A program made the translations under genes and the position numbers. DNA of 64,000 nucleotides from Mobula hypostoma (lineage: Eukaryota): assembly GCF_963921235.1 (NCBI RefSeq), contig NC_086108.1:24490001-24554000 (forward strand). Direction: 5' to 3'. Each line of letters begins with the position of its first letter. The first letter of the stretch is position 1. Under the pieces are notes generated by a model, which worked only from the letters and a program-made list of their open reading frames with translations, was not told the DNA's origin and made no database searches. Positions 25,963 through 37,528 of this stretch are shown here, piece by piece.

Positions 25963-28655
25963 ACAAGAGAAAATCTGCAGATGCTGGAAATTTCAAGTAA
26001 TATACAAAATGCTGGAGCAATTTAGCAGACCAGGCAGCATCGATAGAAAAGAGTATAGTCGACGTTTCAAGCAGAGACCTATCAGCAGGACTGGAGAAAA
26101 AAAGATGAGGAGTAGCGTTAAAAGGTAGAGGGAGGGAAAGGAAAAACACAAGGTGATAGGTGAAATTGAGAGGGACAGGGGTGAAGTAAAGAGCTTGGAA
26201 ATTGATTGGTGAAAGTAATACTAGGCTGGGGCAGGGGGGGATCTAATAGGAGAGGACAGAAGCCCATGAAAGAAAGAAAAGGGGGGGAGGAGCACCAGAG
26301 GGAGGCAATGGGCAGGCAAGCAGATATAGGTTGGAGGCTACACAGATAGAATACAAGGTGCTGTTCCTCCATCCTGAGTGTGACGGTAGAAAAGGCCATG
26401 GATAAACATATTGGAATGGGAAAGGGAAGTGGAATTAAAATGGGTGGCCACTGGGAGATCCCACTTTTTCTGACAGATGGAGCATAGGTGCTCAGCAAAG
26501 TGGTCTCCCAATCTACGTTGGTTCTCACTGATATACAGGAGGCCACACCGGGAGCACCGGACACAGTATATGACCCCAACAGGCTCACAGACTAAGCGTT
26601 GATTCACCTGGAAGGACTGTTTGGAGCCTTGAATGGTACTGAGCGAGGAGGTGTAGCAAATGTTCCATTTTCAAGGATAAGTGCTAGGAGGGAGATCAGT
26701 GGGGAGGGTCGGATGGACAAGGGAGCGATCCCTGTGGAAAGCAGAAAGTGGGAAGAAGGGAAATATGTGCTTGGTGGTGGGATCCAGTTGGAGATGGTGG
26801 AAGTTGCGGAGAATCATGTGCTGGACGTGAAGGCTGGTGGGGTGGTAGATGAGGACAAGAGGAACTCTAAACTTGGTAGGGTGGTGGGAGGGTGGGGTGA
26901 GAGCAGACATGCGTAAAATAGGAGAGATGCGGTTGAGTGTGGCATTGATAGTGGAAAAAGTGAAGTCCCTTTCTTTGAAGGAGGACTTCATTCTAAAATG
27001 AAAATCTTCATCCTGAGAGCAGATGCTGCTGAGGTGGAGGAATTGAGAGAAGGGGATGGCACTTTTACAAGTAACAGGGCGGGAAGAGGTATAGTCTGGG
27101 TAGCGGTGAGAGTCGATGGGTTTATAATAGATATCATTAGATAAGCTGTCTCCAGAGGTAGAGACAGAGAGAACAAGAAAGGGGAGGGAGGTGTCAGGAA
27201 TGGATCAGGTAAATTTGAGGGCAGGGTGGAGGTTGGAGGCAAAGTGGATGAAGTTGACGAGTTCTGCATGGGTGCAGGAAGCAGCACCAATGCAGTTGTT
27301 GACATAACATAGGAAAAGTGGGGGAACAGCTGCCAACACAGGCTTGGAACATAGACTGTTCCACGCAGCCAACAAAAAGGCAGGCACAGCTGGTACCCAT
27401 GTGAGTGCCCATGGCTAGACATTTTGTTTGAAGGAAGTGGGAGGAGCCAATGGAGAAATTATTAAGATTGAGGACAAGTTCTGCTCAGCACAGGAGAGTA
27501 GTGGTGGAGGGGAACTGGTTGGTTCTGGTGTCCAGAAAGAAATGAAGAGCTTTGAGGCCTTCCTGGTGGGGGACGGGGGAGTATAGAGACTGGACATCCA
27601 TAGTAAAAATAAGATTATGGGGCCAGGGAACTTGAAATTATTGAAATGATCCAGAGCATTTGAAGTGTCACAGATGTAGGTAGGAAGGGACTGAACTAGG
27701 GGGAATAAAACAGAGTTGAGGTATGCAGATGTGAGTTCAGTGGGGCAGGAACAAGCTGAAACAATGGGCCTACCTGGACAAGTCTGATTGTTGATCTTGG
27801 GTAGGAGGTAGAAACAGGAGGTGTGGGGTGCAGGAACTATGAGGTTGGTGGCAGTGGATGGGAGATTCCCAGAGCTAATACTGTTAGTGATGGTGTGGGA
27901 GACAATGGCCTGGTGCTCCATAGTGGGGTCTTATTTGAGGGACAAATATGAGGAGGTGTTAGAAAGTTGTCACTGGGCCTCAGCAAGGTAGAGGTCAGTA
28001 CAACAGGTTAATACAGCACACTCCTTATCTGCAGGTTTGATGATGAGATTAGGATTAGTGCAGAGGGAGTGGAGAGCACAGCCTTTGCAAGGAGTGAGGC
28101 TGATATTGGAGAAAGGAGTGTTGAAGTTGAGACGGCTGATGTCCCTTCGGCATTTGGCAATGAAATGATCCAGAGCAGGCAGAAGACCAGGGTGGCAGGG
28201 TGGGGTGTCCAGGGAGGAAGGTTGAAGACAGGAGAAGGGGTCATTGGTGGGGGGTGGAGTGTTCTCCAACCTGATGGCAATACCATCGATTTCTCAAACT
28301 TCCGGTAATGGCCCATTTCCTCCCCCCCCCCCCCGCCCATGTCACTCTTTCATCATTCCCTCCCTCACTTTATCTCCTTGCCTGCCCATTGTCTCCCTCT
28401 GGTGCTTCTCCCCCTTTCTTCCATGGCCTTTAATCCTCTCTTATTAGATTCCCCCTTTTCCAGCCCTGTATCTCTTTCACCAATCAACTTCTCTGAACTT
28501 TACTTCATCCCTCTCCCTCTCAGTTTCACCTATCACCTTGTGTTTCTCCCTCTCCTCCACCTACCTTTTAACTCTACTCCTCATCTTCTTTTCTCCAGTC
28601 CTACTGAAGAGTTTCAGTCCAAAGCATCGACTACTCTTTTCCATAGATGCTGTCT
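25963..28655 (-). mobile_element. Penelope-like retroelement (RT + GIY-YIG) with inverted 3' arm
   Basis: IIKPADK, YLLPKI, GRPIVS, MGTHMG, HPALKFT and GVIYCVRCSRCGLLYISE...FAEH. Inverted copy of the 3' end at 28264-28655. Flanked by tcacagtaaat / tcacagtagat. Confidence 0.93.
26056..26093 (-). ncRNA. Minimal hammerhead ribozyme, core variant CUGCUGA
   Basis: cagtc-CTGCTGA-taggtctctgctt-GAAAC-GTC-gacta. A6 of the CUGANGA core is replaced by C. Confidence 0.65.
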
Positions 28656-28815
28656 TCACAGTAGATGTGAGTGCATGTGACTGACAGTGTTGAGGCAGCT
28701 CACCCTGCTTTTCTTGGGCACTGGTATGATTTTCATCCTTTTGAAGCAAGTGGGAAAATTTGGCTACAGCAGTGAGAGATTAAAGATGTCCTTGAACACT
28801 TCGGCCTGTTGGTTG
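28656..28815 (-). mobile_element. Rex1/Babar, middle part of the same nested copy
   Basis: Minus strand gives VFKDIFNLSLL...FPTCFKRMKIIPVPKK...ALTSTV, which continues into MKFFERLV across the Penelope insertion. A short stub resumes after 30192. Confidence 0.85.
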
Positions 28816-30192
28816 TGTTACGTACGTCTAGGATTCTTTTTTTGCTGTGGACTGTCACTTTAAGGCACAGGAGAGAACTGAAATTTATTTTTGGATTTCT
28901 GCTGAGAGAGAGAGGGGCAGAGTCTGCCTTTCAGTTCGTGTTTACACTTCTACAAGGACACTGACTACTGCTGTCAGCTTCTGGGTTGCCATGGAAAGAC
29001 AGAGAGAGGGAGAGAGAGAGAGAGGTGGAGTTATTTGATAGACAATCAATGTTATGGTTTCTTTGCAGCTTGTTTTGAATATACTAGGACACGCAGACAC
29101 ACACAGTCAGAGTCAAGATGGATTCGGTCAATGAAGGACACCAGTGATTGAGGTCCTGGTTTAAACTTTCAGTAGCCCAAAAGGGGTGAGTTGAGATCAT
29201 TCCTGAGTATTGATAAATGACTCTCACATGTTTTTTGCAACTAGAACAAATTTGCAGGAAGAGAAAAGAGGAGAGATAGGTTTGAAACTGAAGTAACCTA
29301 GTGATAAAGAGATCACTGTTTGGACTCTCTCTCTAAGAGCCCGTGAGGGTGAGTTTGTTTCCATTTGACTACGAAAGTGTGATGGTCACTTAGTTAATCC
29401 ACAGGAGTGGGTTCTCTGGTGAGGGGAGTACCTTGTGAATACCACTTGTGTGTTACCCTTGTTTAGGTGTGGTAGTTCACTGAAGAAAGGCACCCCTGTG
29501 GCAAATCACTGTTGGAGTTATTTTGTATGTCGTGGAACTGGAAGTGGCTATCACATTGTGTGTTCGGGGTAACCTTCTGTGGAAACCACCTGTGTATGAT
29601 TGCAGGAAACAACCTGTGCCTGGGTTGGTAGGTTTACCACTTGAAGACGGTACCTCAGTGACAAGCTACTGTTGGTGATAATCCATACGTGGATTCTGTT
29701 GGAGTATCCTGTGGCCACAACTTTGGGATGACCCGTAGATGAATTTGGGTGTGGTGCCAGTTGTGTTGAAAGGATATTCATTGAAGATCACTGTCGGTGA
29801 TATCTCATGTGTGGAGTGGAACAACTTCGGAGATAAAACCTGCTGCTATTGTTATCTTGTATTGCTGTCATGGAAGCTGTGGAATATTGACGTAATTGCC
29901 TTCTCTCAACATTTATCCTGGATTACAAATATCTCTCTCTCATCACCTGTTCTGTGGATGAACTGAATTTTCATATTTTACCATCTCAAGATTCTAAGCC
30001 TTGTTTCCCCCAAGCTCAATAGTTTGGGAGTTACATTTGCACACATATACACTGTTAACTTTTGGTTACCTTGCTTAAGTTACTACATTATAAGTGGATA
30101 CTAATAAAGATAGTGGTTTTAACACCAAACCCAGACTAAAGGTGTTGTCCATATCTGCTGGTCCTTTTTAACCTGTTACGGGGTATGTAACA
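28816..30192 (+). mobile_element. Solo LTR (1377 bp)
   Basis: TGTTAC...GTAACA ends, perfect 4-bp TSD GTTG (28812-28815 / 30193-30196), AATAAA near 30103, no coding content. Confidence 0.88.
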
Positions 30193-30448
30193 GTTGGCAC
30201 AGGTTTTCTGTGCCCCACCTGTACGCCATCAGGGCCTTGATGCCTTGTGAGTGTTCCCCTTCATGGAAGCCCCTCTTGAAAGCATTTCAGCATGTATTCA
30301 AATGCAGAAAGTAAACTCAGAATTACAATGCCCTCTGGTAATATGAAATATTTAAGATTTATTGTCTTTTGTTACCAGCTGTACTCAAGATTTCAACATG
30401 TTTATTTCTGAGGTGTAATTAATCAGTGAGTGAACAGAGGAGACTCAC

Positions 30449-30615
30449 CCGCAAAACATCACAATGTTGTAGAGTGAGGGGTTATCTGGAAGAGGCACAG
30501 TTTGCTGCAGACAGAGTTGCTCACAACCTCCGTTCATTCCATCCGAACAATCAATACCAATGTGCCTGTCATAACAGCCAGAGCCATCCTTCATTGGGCT
30601 GAGCCCCAAAGGGCA
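30449..30615 (-). CDS. astn1: Internal coding exon of astrotactin (ASTN1-like), EGF-like region
   Basis: Minus strand reads ...ttttacccattctttatcccgcag|TGCCCTTTG...ATGTTTTGCGG|gtgagt, with a pyrimidine tract, AG acceptor and GTGAGT donor. The 167 nt give [55 protein letters not shown]+GG (phase 0 to 2). This matches the ASTN1 segment as I recall it ([38 protein letters not shown]...LYNILMFCG). Confidence 0.95.
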
Positions 30616-31904
30616 CTGCGGGGATAAAGAATGGGTAAAATCATTACAGATTGAACAAAAGATAGCATGCTATCTGAGTACAACACTAAAATGATTGCGA
30701 TGAAAGATCTGCCCATTTCAGTCAATGTGACTACCAGCTTGAATAGCACGTTACTCTTTTGCCTATAATAACAAATCACCCAATTATCCTTTACCCTCCT
30801 TGGTACTTTATTTAATAGATTTGCTTATTTATGTTTATTGTTTGTTTTTTCTCAAACATTGTTACATTCATTTATGTATTTTGAATAAATATACTCAGCA
30901 AAGTGCTCCGGGTGGTAATCAAATGTAAAGGACACACAGCAGTAAGTTTAGAATCTAACTGAAGGGTATGATTGCTGAAATATTATTTATCTTGTATGAG
31001 TGTATGCTTCCTACCAATTAACCAGAGGCTCTAGTGACATTGGAGTCACAGTCACAAAGTAAAACAAGGATGTAAACTTATGTGTCTATACTTTCAAACT
31101 TTGTAGCTTCAGATCTCAAGTTTAAGGGACCATAAGACAGAGGAGCACAATTTAGCCATTTTGCCCATTAAGTCTCCATTGTAAGTTTGAATGATTGTCC
31201 ACCATACCTTCCAGGTTCTGGGTTCTTTAATCCACTCCTACATGTTGCTCAAAGTGTTAGCTTTCTCATTAATCATTGACATTCATTATCAAGCGCACTT
31301 TATGCCTCACAGTCCATTGTTAACCTCTGGCTGGAACTTCCAGCCAATGCAATAGTATATATGTCTGTCATGTACACTTCTCTGACAACATCTGACCTTC
31401 TTTGCTTTGGGTCATTTTTTTCACCCTACTGACATGCATATCCTGCCCTGTATCAGCCAGCAGCCACTATTACACCGGCCTTCCCAGTTAAAAAAAAGAA
31501 TCAAGGTGCAAACCAGTTGCAATTGAATTGAATAATTGAAGGTGCTCAGGTAGCTGACTGACCTACTCATGTTCCCAAATGTCATGTCACAGGTGAAAGT
31601 TTAATCGGTAAAAATGCGTTCCTCTCCATCACCTTGCCAGGCTGCCAGTCACACTGAGTGGTGCTCTGCTTCAGGAAACAATCACATAAACTTCAGTCCC
31701 AAAGCAGATTCTCAGTCTGAAACATCAACGATCCCTGTGCCTCCTGAAATACTGCATGACCCAACGAGTTCCTCCAGCAACTTGCAAACATTTCACCTTG
31801 ATTTGAAATGTATTTCAAATTTTATTCTTTAATTCTCCCTGTGGTTTCCACTAGGAAGAAATGTTTCAAAAGTTGGCCAGAATCAACAAAAATATTTCTG
31901 CAAC

Positions 31905-33075
31905 ATTGGACAGTACAGCACAGGAACAGGCCCTTTGGTCTACAATGCCATGCCGAACCAATTATATCAGAAAGCAAATGGTCAACTAAACTAGTCCCTA
32001 TTGCCTAAAAGGTCCATATCCTTCCATTTTTCTCAAAGTCCTGAGCCCATCTAAATGTCCTTTAGAAGTCCCAAATTATAAGCTTTTACCACCACCCTAG
32101 GTAGTGCATTCCAGGCACCCAACATTCATTCTCTATGTAAATAAGCTTGCTGTTCATATCTGTGTCACTTGTCCTGAAACATCAACTGTTTATTCATTTG
32201 TTCACAGATTCTGCCTGGCCTGCCGTGTCCCTCGAGCATTTTGTGTGCGTTGCTCCTCAAAAGTCCTTGAAATTATTCCCTCTCACCTGAAATGCATGCC
32301 ACTCTGCTGTTAGACATTTCAACCCTGGGAAAAATATACTGTCTGTTAACTCTATCTATGCATCTCATGCCTCTGTCAAATCTTCACTCAGTCTCTGCTG
32401 CTTCGAGCCAACAACCCTAGTTTGTCCAGCCTCTGATGACAGCACGTGCTGTCTAATCCAGGTAGCATCCTGCTAAATCTCTTCTGCATCCTCGCCAAAG
32501 CCTCAACATCCTTCCTATAGTACAGTGACTAGAAATGAACTCAATACTCCAGATGTGACCTAACTAGAGTTTCATAAACCTGCAACATAACTTCATGACT
32601 TTCGAATTCAGTGCCTCAACTAATAAAGGCACGCATGCCATATACCTTCTTAACCATATGTATAGCCACTTTCAAAGAGTTATGAACAGGAACCCCAAGA
32701 TTCCTCTGCCCTTCAACACAGTTAAGGGTCTTGCCATTAACAGTGTACTGTTTCCACTTTACATTTGACCTACCAAGGTGCAATACTTGACGGATGTTCA
32801 GGTTAAACTCCATCTGCCATTTCTCCATTCATATCTACAACTGATCAAAATTCCACTCTATTCTTTAGCAGTCATCTATCCTATCCACAACACTTGTCAG
32901 TCTTTGTATCATCTGCAAACTTACTAACACACCCATTTATGATATTATCCCTGATTATTAGTACAACTCCAGCTCCCACAATTCTTTTACCTTCCTCTCT
33001 TTCTTTCTTAAAACATCCAAACCCTGGAATATTAAGCAACTGTACCGTCCTGGTTAAGATTTTTACTGCTAAGGC
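31905..33075 (-). mobile_element. CR1 LINE, internally deleted, with a Penelope-terminus piece at ~32170-32255
   Basis: ORFs 32616..32828 (KWQMEFN...VLHLGRSN) and 32881..33090 (SKFADDTK). CR1 tail near 31905. CR1 sequence resumes at ~33887-34040. Confidence 0.8.
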
Positions 33076-33886
33076 TGTAGGGTATTTCACTTAGTAGTTT
33101 TCTGTAGAAGCAGTGTGTCTTGCTGATAGCATGCTTGAGTTTCAGGTAAAGATAAGGGGCTGTGATGTCCAACTTAGGAATGTTGAACATCAGGGTGGTG
33201 GAAGTGGGAGAAGGTTCCAGAGAAAGCCGGGCAGAGAGAGCTTTGTGACAGACACTAGGGTGGGGGGTTCGGGGTCTTTTTGGTGGAAGCTGCGGAGAGG
33301 ACAGGAAGGAAGAAGGCTGAGGATGCTGTGGGAAGGAGCGTCCGCAATGCACAAGGTGCTTTGTGCAGATGAATAGCTCCAAAGAGGAAGGGCCAGTACT
33401 CCAGAGAGAGCCCATTTGATTGAGATGGATTTTGAGTGATGTTCATAATGTGGTGTGTTCTTTCATGCAGACCTTGGATCTGGTGCACAAGTAAAAGACT
33501 ATCAAGATGAGCTCCAACGATGAGTGGTTAGACCGATTTATTGTAATGGGCCCTTTTTATTTTTTTCCCCCTTTTCTTTTTCCTACTAACTGTTCGATAA
33601 TTTGTAAATTTGTAAATATACTTTCTTTATAACTGTATGTGGGGTACAATTTGTTATTTCTTGCCGACCGACAATTGTGTATGGGCAGTATTTATGCAGC
33701 ATTCGCTCATACTGAGGTTTCTTTAATCGGAACACCATAACGTTCCTGTTTGGTTGAATCCCAAATCACACCAACCCTGGATGCCTATTGTTCATGAAAG
33801 GTGGCTTTCCCACCGCTGAGTTCTGCGGCTGTCAGTGATGCCGACAAAGAGCCAAGCTTCTATATGAGCCCGCTGAGGGGGATACA
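33076..33886 (+). mobile_element. Probable solo LTR inside CR1
   Basis: TGTA...TACA ends and a GC-richer block interrupting CR1 sequence. TSD not evident. Confidence 0.6.
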
Positions 33887-34099
33887 CACTCATTCCTGTT
33901 CATCTCTCAATAATATTTCTGCGTACTGATACATGCTCACTTTTATCCATAATACTCCTAGCATTAAAATACATACACTTCAAATTATCTGCCCCATCAC
34001 ATTTATTACTTGCTCCTGCCCTTACTGGCCCTGACATCTGCTGTGATGGTATTTGGTTTGCTTACAGAGAGGTTCAAAACTCTAATGAATGCTTTAAAC

Positions 34100-35135
34100 C
34101 CCATTGGATATAACTCCCCAATCTTCAAAGACTAGTTTACTTTCCTGTTTAATCTCCATGGCGAGTTTAGCTGCAAATACTCACAATTCAAGCAGTGGGA
34201 GCCCCTGCTCACTACCAAAGAGACTTCCAGTGAACAAAAGTAGCTAAAACACAGTTCATTTATTTACAATGATACATGTTTAAATCCACAAGTGCATTTA
34301 AAGCTGATAGATTATTTCTATTTGAAACATTTCCCAATTACAAACCATTTCTAAAACACAATCCATTTCCAAAACCTAAAATATTAAACACAAAGGATAA
34401 AACATGAACCAAAAAGGGCAAAGTATTCCCAAATCATAGGTTCAATACCTAAAAACTAAAAAGCCATACCAAAGATAATGACAATCATGTTATCTATCGC
34501 AGGAAACAAAGTTGGAGGAATGGGTTCTAGCTCTTCCAGATTCTTGATGTTCCTTACCCTATTCCTAATAAGCCTGAACAGCTCTCTACATTTGTACCCA
34601 TTTCAGCTTCATGACTTCACAAAAATGCTTGTAGACCATTGTGTTAAAAGTATATCTGAGATATCCTTTTAATACAAATAAGACTCTCAGCATTTTCAGA
34701 GACATAGATCTTAGCTAGCTACCATTAATGGTGAAAAGCTAACTACTGAGCATATAAAACTCTTCCAGCTATAAACGCATCAGTTATTGATATGCTAAAA
34801 TGATATTATCCATCTGCTCTGCAAGCTTCCTTGAACTAAGCAACTTAAGAGTCAGCTTCTTTGTTTGAAACAACCCAAATTAAACAACCCATTGTCTTAT
34901 ACTCTACTCTTGAGCAAATTTGAAAATTCAGTGATTCTTTACAGCTGAGCATCTTCAAAGTAAAGAGCATATTTACAAATCTGTTCTATAGAGAGTGCTT
35001 CCCATTTACATTTTAAGAAATGAAAACTGTCTTCCATTTGCAACTAGAAGTTAAACAAAGCAATGTAGTTGAAGGTTTATTTATAACTGCTTGTGACCTT
35101 TCAAATAGCAGCTGCTATTTAGAAAACAAGCTCAG
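34100..35135. repeat. Diverged ancient repeat, copy 1
   Basis: Colinear similarity to 46620-47510, e.g. tctgcaagcttccttgaactaagcaactt versus tctgcaaacctccttaaactaaataactt. Confidence 0.7.
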
Positions 35136-35725
35136 CAAACATGAGATAGAATCGAATATCTATCATATTATCTTCCTCTCCATCCCTCCATTTTCTGACC
35201 TGGTGTGCTTGGGTGTCACTCTGTATTTGGTCTCCAATGTAGACAAAAGTCATTTTCTCCATTTCCAATTCTATTTGATCCCTATGTTGCACTGAAACTT
35301 TCATTCTTTACCCACACTATCTAGATATGAATTAGCACAAAGCTCAACAAAATTGCTACAAAGCTGTATACAAAGATAATGCGTTCACATATCTTGATGC
35401 AGCAGCATGAGCTTATAGATAATTGCTCCTATTTTCTTTCATGCATTCACTTGGATACTGTAACTCTAAGTCATACACATGTGCAATTCCTGTTTGCATT
35501 TACCTCAATTTTTTTTGTAGGTGCCATCATTCTGTGAGTATATTCTTGATATTGCAAGGATCATAGCTGCATGAATTAAGTTGATGAAGCTTTCTTACTA
35601 CTTTAATTTTACAGTTCTGAATGGATGCTTTCATATTTCAGTCTGGATGGAAATTCAATTTGGGCCAAAGAAAAGTAGCAACACATTCTGATACAATCAT
35701 AGTCTTTAAATCAATCTTAATAATA

Positions 35726-36333
35726 TGTAACGTTCAGTTATATTGGCTCGTGTATGTCTAGGGGAAATCCAGCCCAGCACCCGCCTCAACACTCCCCACA
35801 GGGTCAGTGGCCGCCCGAATCAATCACAAACATCAATCATCAGCCAGCACACCCAGTGAATTTTAACAAATACACTTTATAGATATTACTAATTCTATGA
35901 CATTAATATACACTTGATACAGAGAGGAAAGTAATGAAAAAAAAAGGCGCCAACACTTGTCAAAATCCAAGTTCTTTGCGCGCTACGTTGGAGCTCAATT
36001 CGACTTCAGACGACCACCCGAATTCAGTCGACTCAGGGCTCGGGACCACCTTGAGTGATCGACCGGAGCCTCTCCACACGTCTGCGGTCTTCCTCGTCTC
36101 TCCTCCGACTCCCCGCCAAAACTCAGTCCACAGTCATATCATACAGCATGGTATCCGAAAACAAAACGATACATAACCACCCATTGGCTAATAGAACCTT
36201 GTTATCTCATTTTAAAGTAAAACAAACTGTTAGCGCAAACTCTCTTCAGCGTTAAAGCACAACAAAGCCGCATTCCCCAGATCAACATAACAAAGTCGCC
36301 ATTTTAAATGTAACAAAAGAAAGACCCCGTACA
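35726..36333. mobile_element. Solo LTR (608 bp), CpG-rich
   Basis: TGTA...TACA ends, perfect TSD AATA (35722-35725 / 36334-36337), many intact CpGs. Confidence 0.88.
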
Positions 36334-37029
36334 AATATTTGATCTTTATGCTAATCCAGTAGCTATTATTTTGATCACTCTTTTAAGAATATCATGTCAT
36401 CATACCTAGTGTTGGGAAGTTAAGTGGCGAGATGTCCAGAAATTGGTCAAAAGTATCAAAGATTTATCAGCACATTGCTTTTGGCCTGCAAAGTTCCAGT
36501 GCAGAAGTTGGATTTGAAGGGAAATATTTCAAGAAGTAGATACCTCAGGATTTAATGCTACTTGTTTCTCCTCTGGCTTGTTGTTTCTGAGAAGACTGAT
36601 GTGGTAACCACAGATTCACAGAGGTGGAGTAGGATATTGCTTATGGGAAGGGTTAGCTGTTTGTGGAGTCACATGACACAGAAGTTCTCAAGATCATGCT
36701 GTATGATCTTTCTCCAATTTGAATGGGCTTGAGAATCAGTGCAATCATAGGGCATGGTAGATTTCCAACAGGAGGCGTTGAGCTTGCATTTTCATCTTTT
36801 CCTCTATCCACCTGGTAATGTCTTCTGGAGGTAGTACTTCGAACAGAGTATTTGTTTTGGAAATTTGTTGTTGGCCATATGGATGATGTGGCTTATCATA
36901 ACATAACTAATTGTGTCAGACAAGAGTCTCATACTGAAGATGCTCTGCTGGTAAGTGAATATGGATATACCTGTTTAATTGCTCAGTGGATTTGCAGAAT
37001 CTAATAATATTTTCCCGGGGTCTAGGTGA

Positions 37030-37222
37030 ACCACAGCCTGTGGACACATTTTCAAGGCCTCTTCATCCCATGTTCTTGATATTTATTGCTTACTTCTTTA
37101 TTATTTCTGATTTCTTCTTTTATATTTGTACAGTTTATTGCCTTTTGCACACTGGTTGTCTGTCCTGTTGGGTGTGGACTTTCATGTATGTACTTTGATG
37201 ATAAATTTACTCTAAACTTTGA
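37030..37222 (+). mobile_element. Rex1-type 3' UTR fragment
   Basis: Ends tgtactttgatgataaatttactctaaactttga, like 20755-20787. Confidence 0.6.
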
Positions 37223-37447
37223 GCAAGTGAAGTCAGGTATTTTACTTTTATACATTGTCTTTCATGATCTGTTGAATTTGATTGGCTCAGTATACCAGGG
37301 TGAATGGTTTGTTTAACCCAAGCCTTGGAATCTTTACTATCTATCTGAGAAAGCAGACATGCCCATGTTTTACCAACTTAAGCACTGAAGGAAACAGCTG
37401 AGAGGAAGCATCACTTTTTAAGATTATGTATTCAAGTACTTCTAGGA

Positions 37448-37528
37448 CAGGGGTTCCCAACCTTTTTTATGTTACGGAAAAATACCATTAAGCAAGAGGT
37501 CCATGGACCCCCAGAGTGGAAATACCTG
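37448..37528. mobile_element. hAT/Charlie-type MITE (81 bp)
   Basis: CAGGGGTTCCCAAC...ggaaataCCTG ends, with 8-bp flanks ttctagga / tgctaggc resembling the NTCTAGAN target. Confidence 0.75.
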
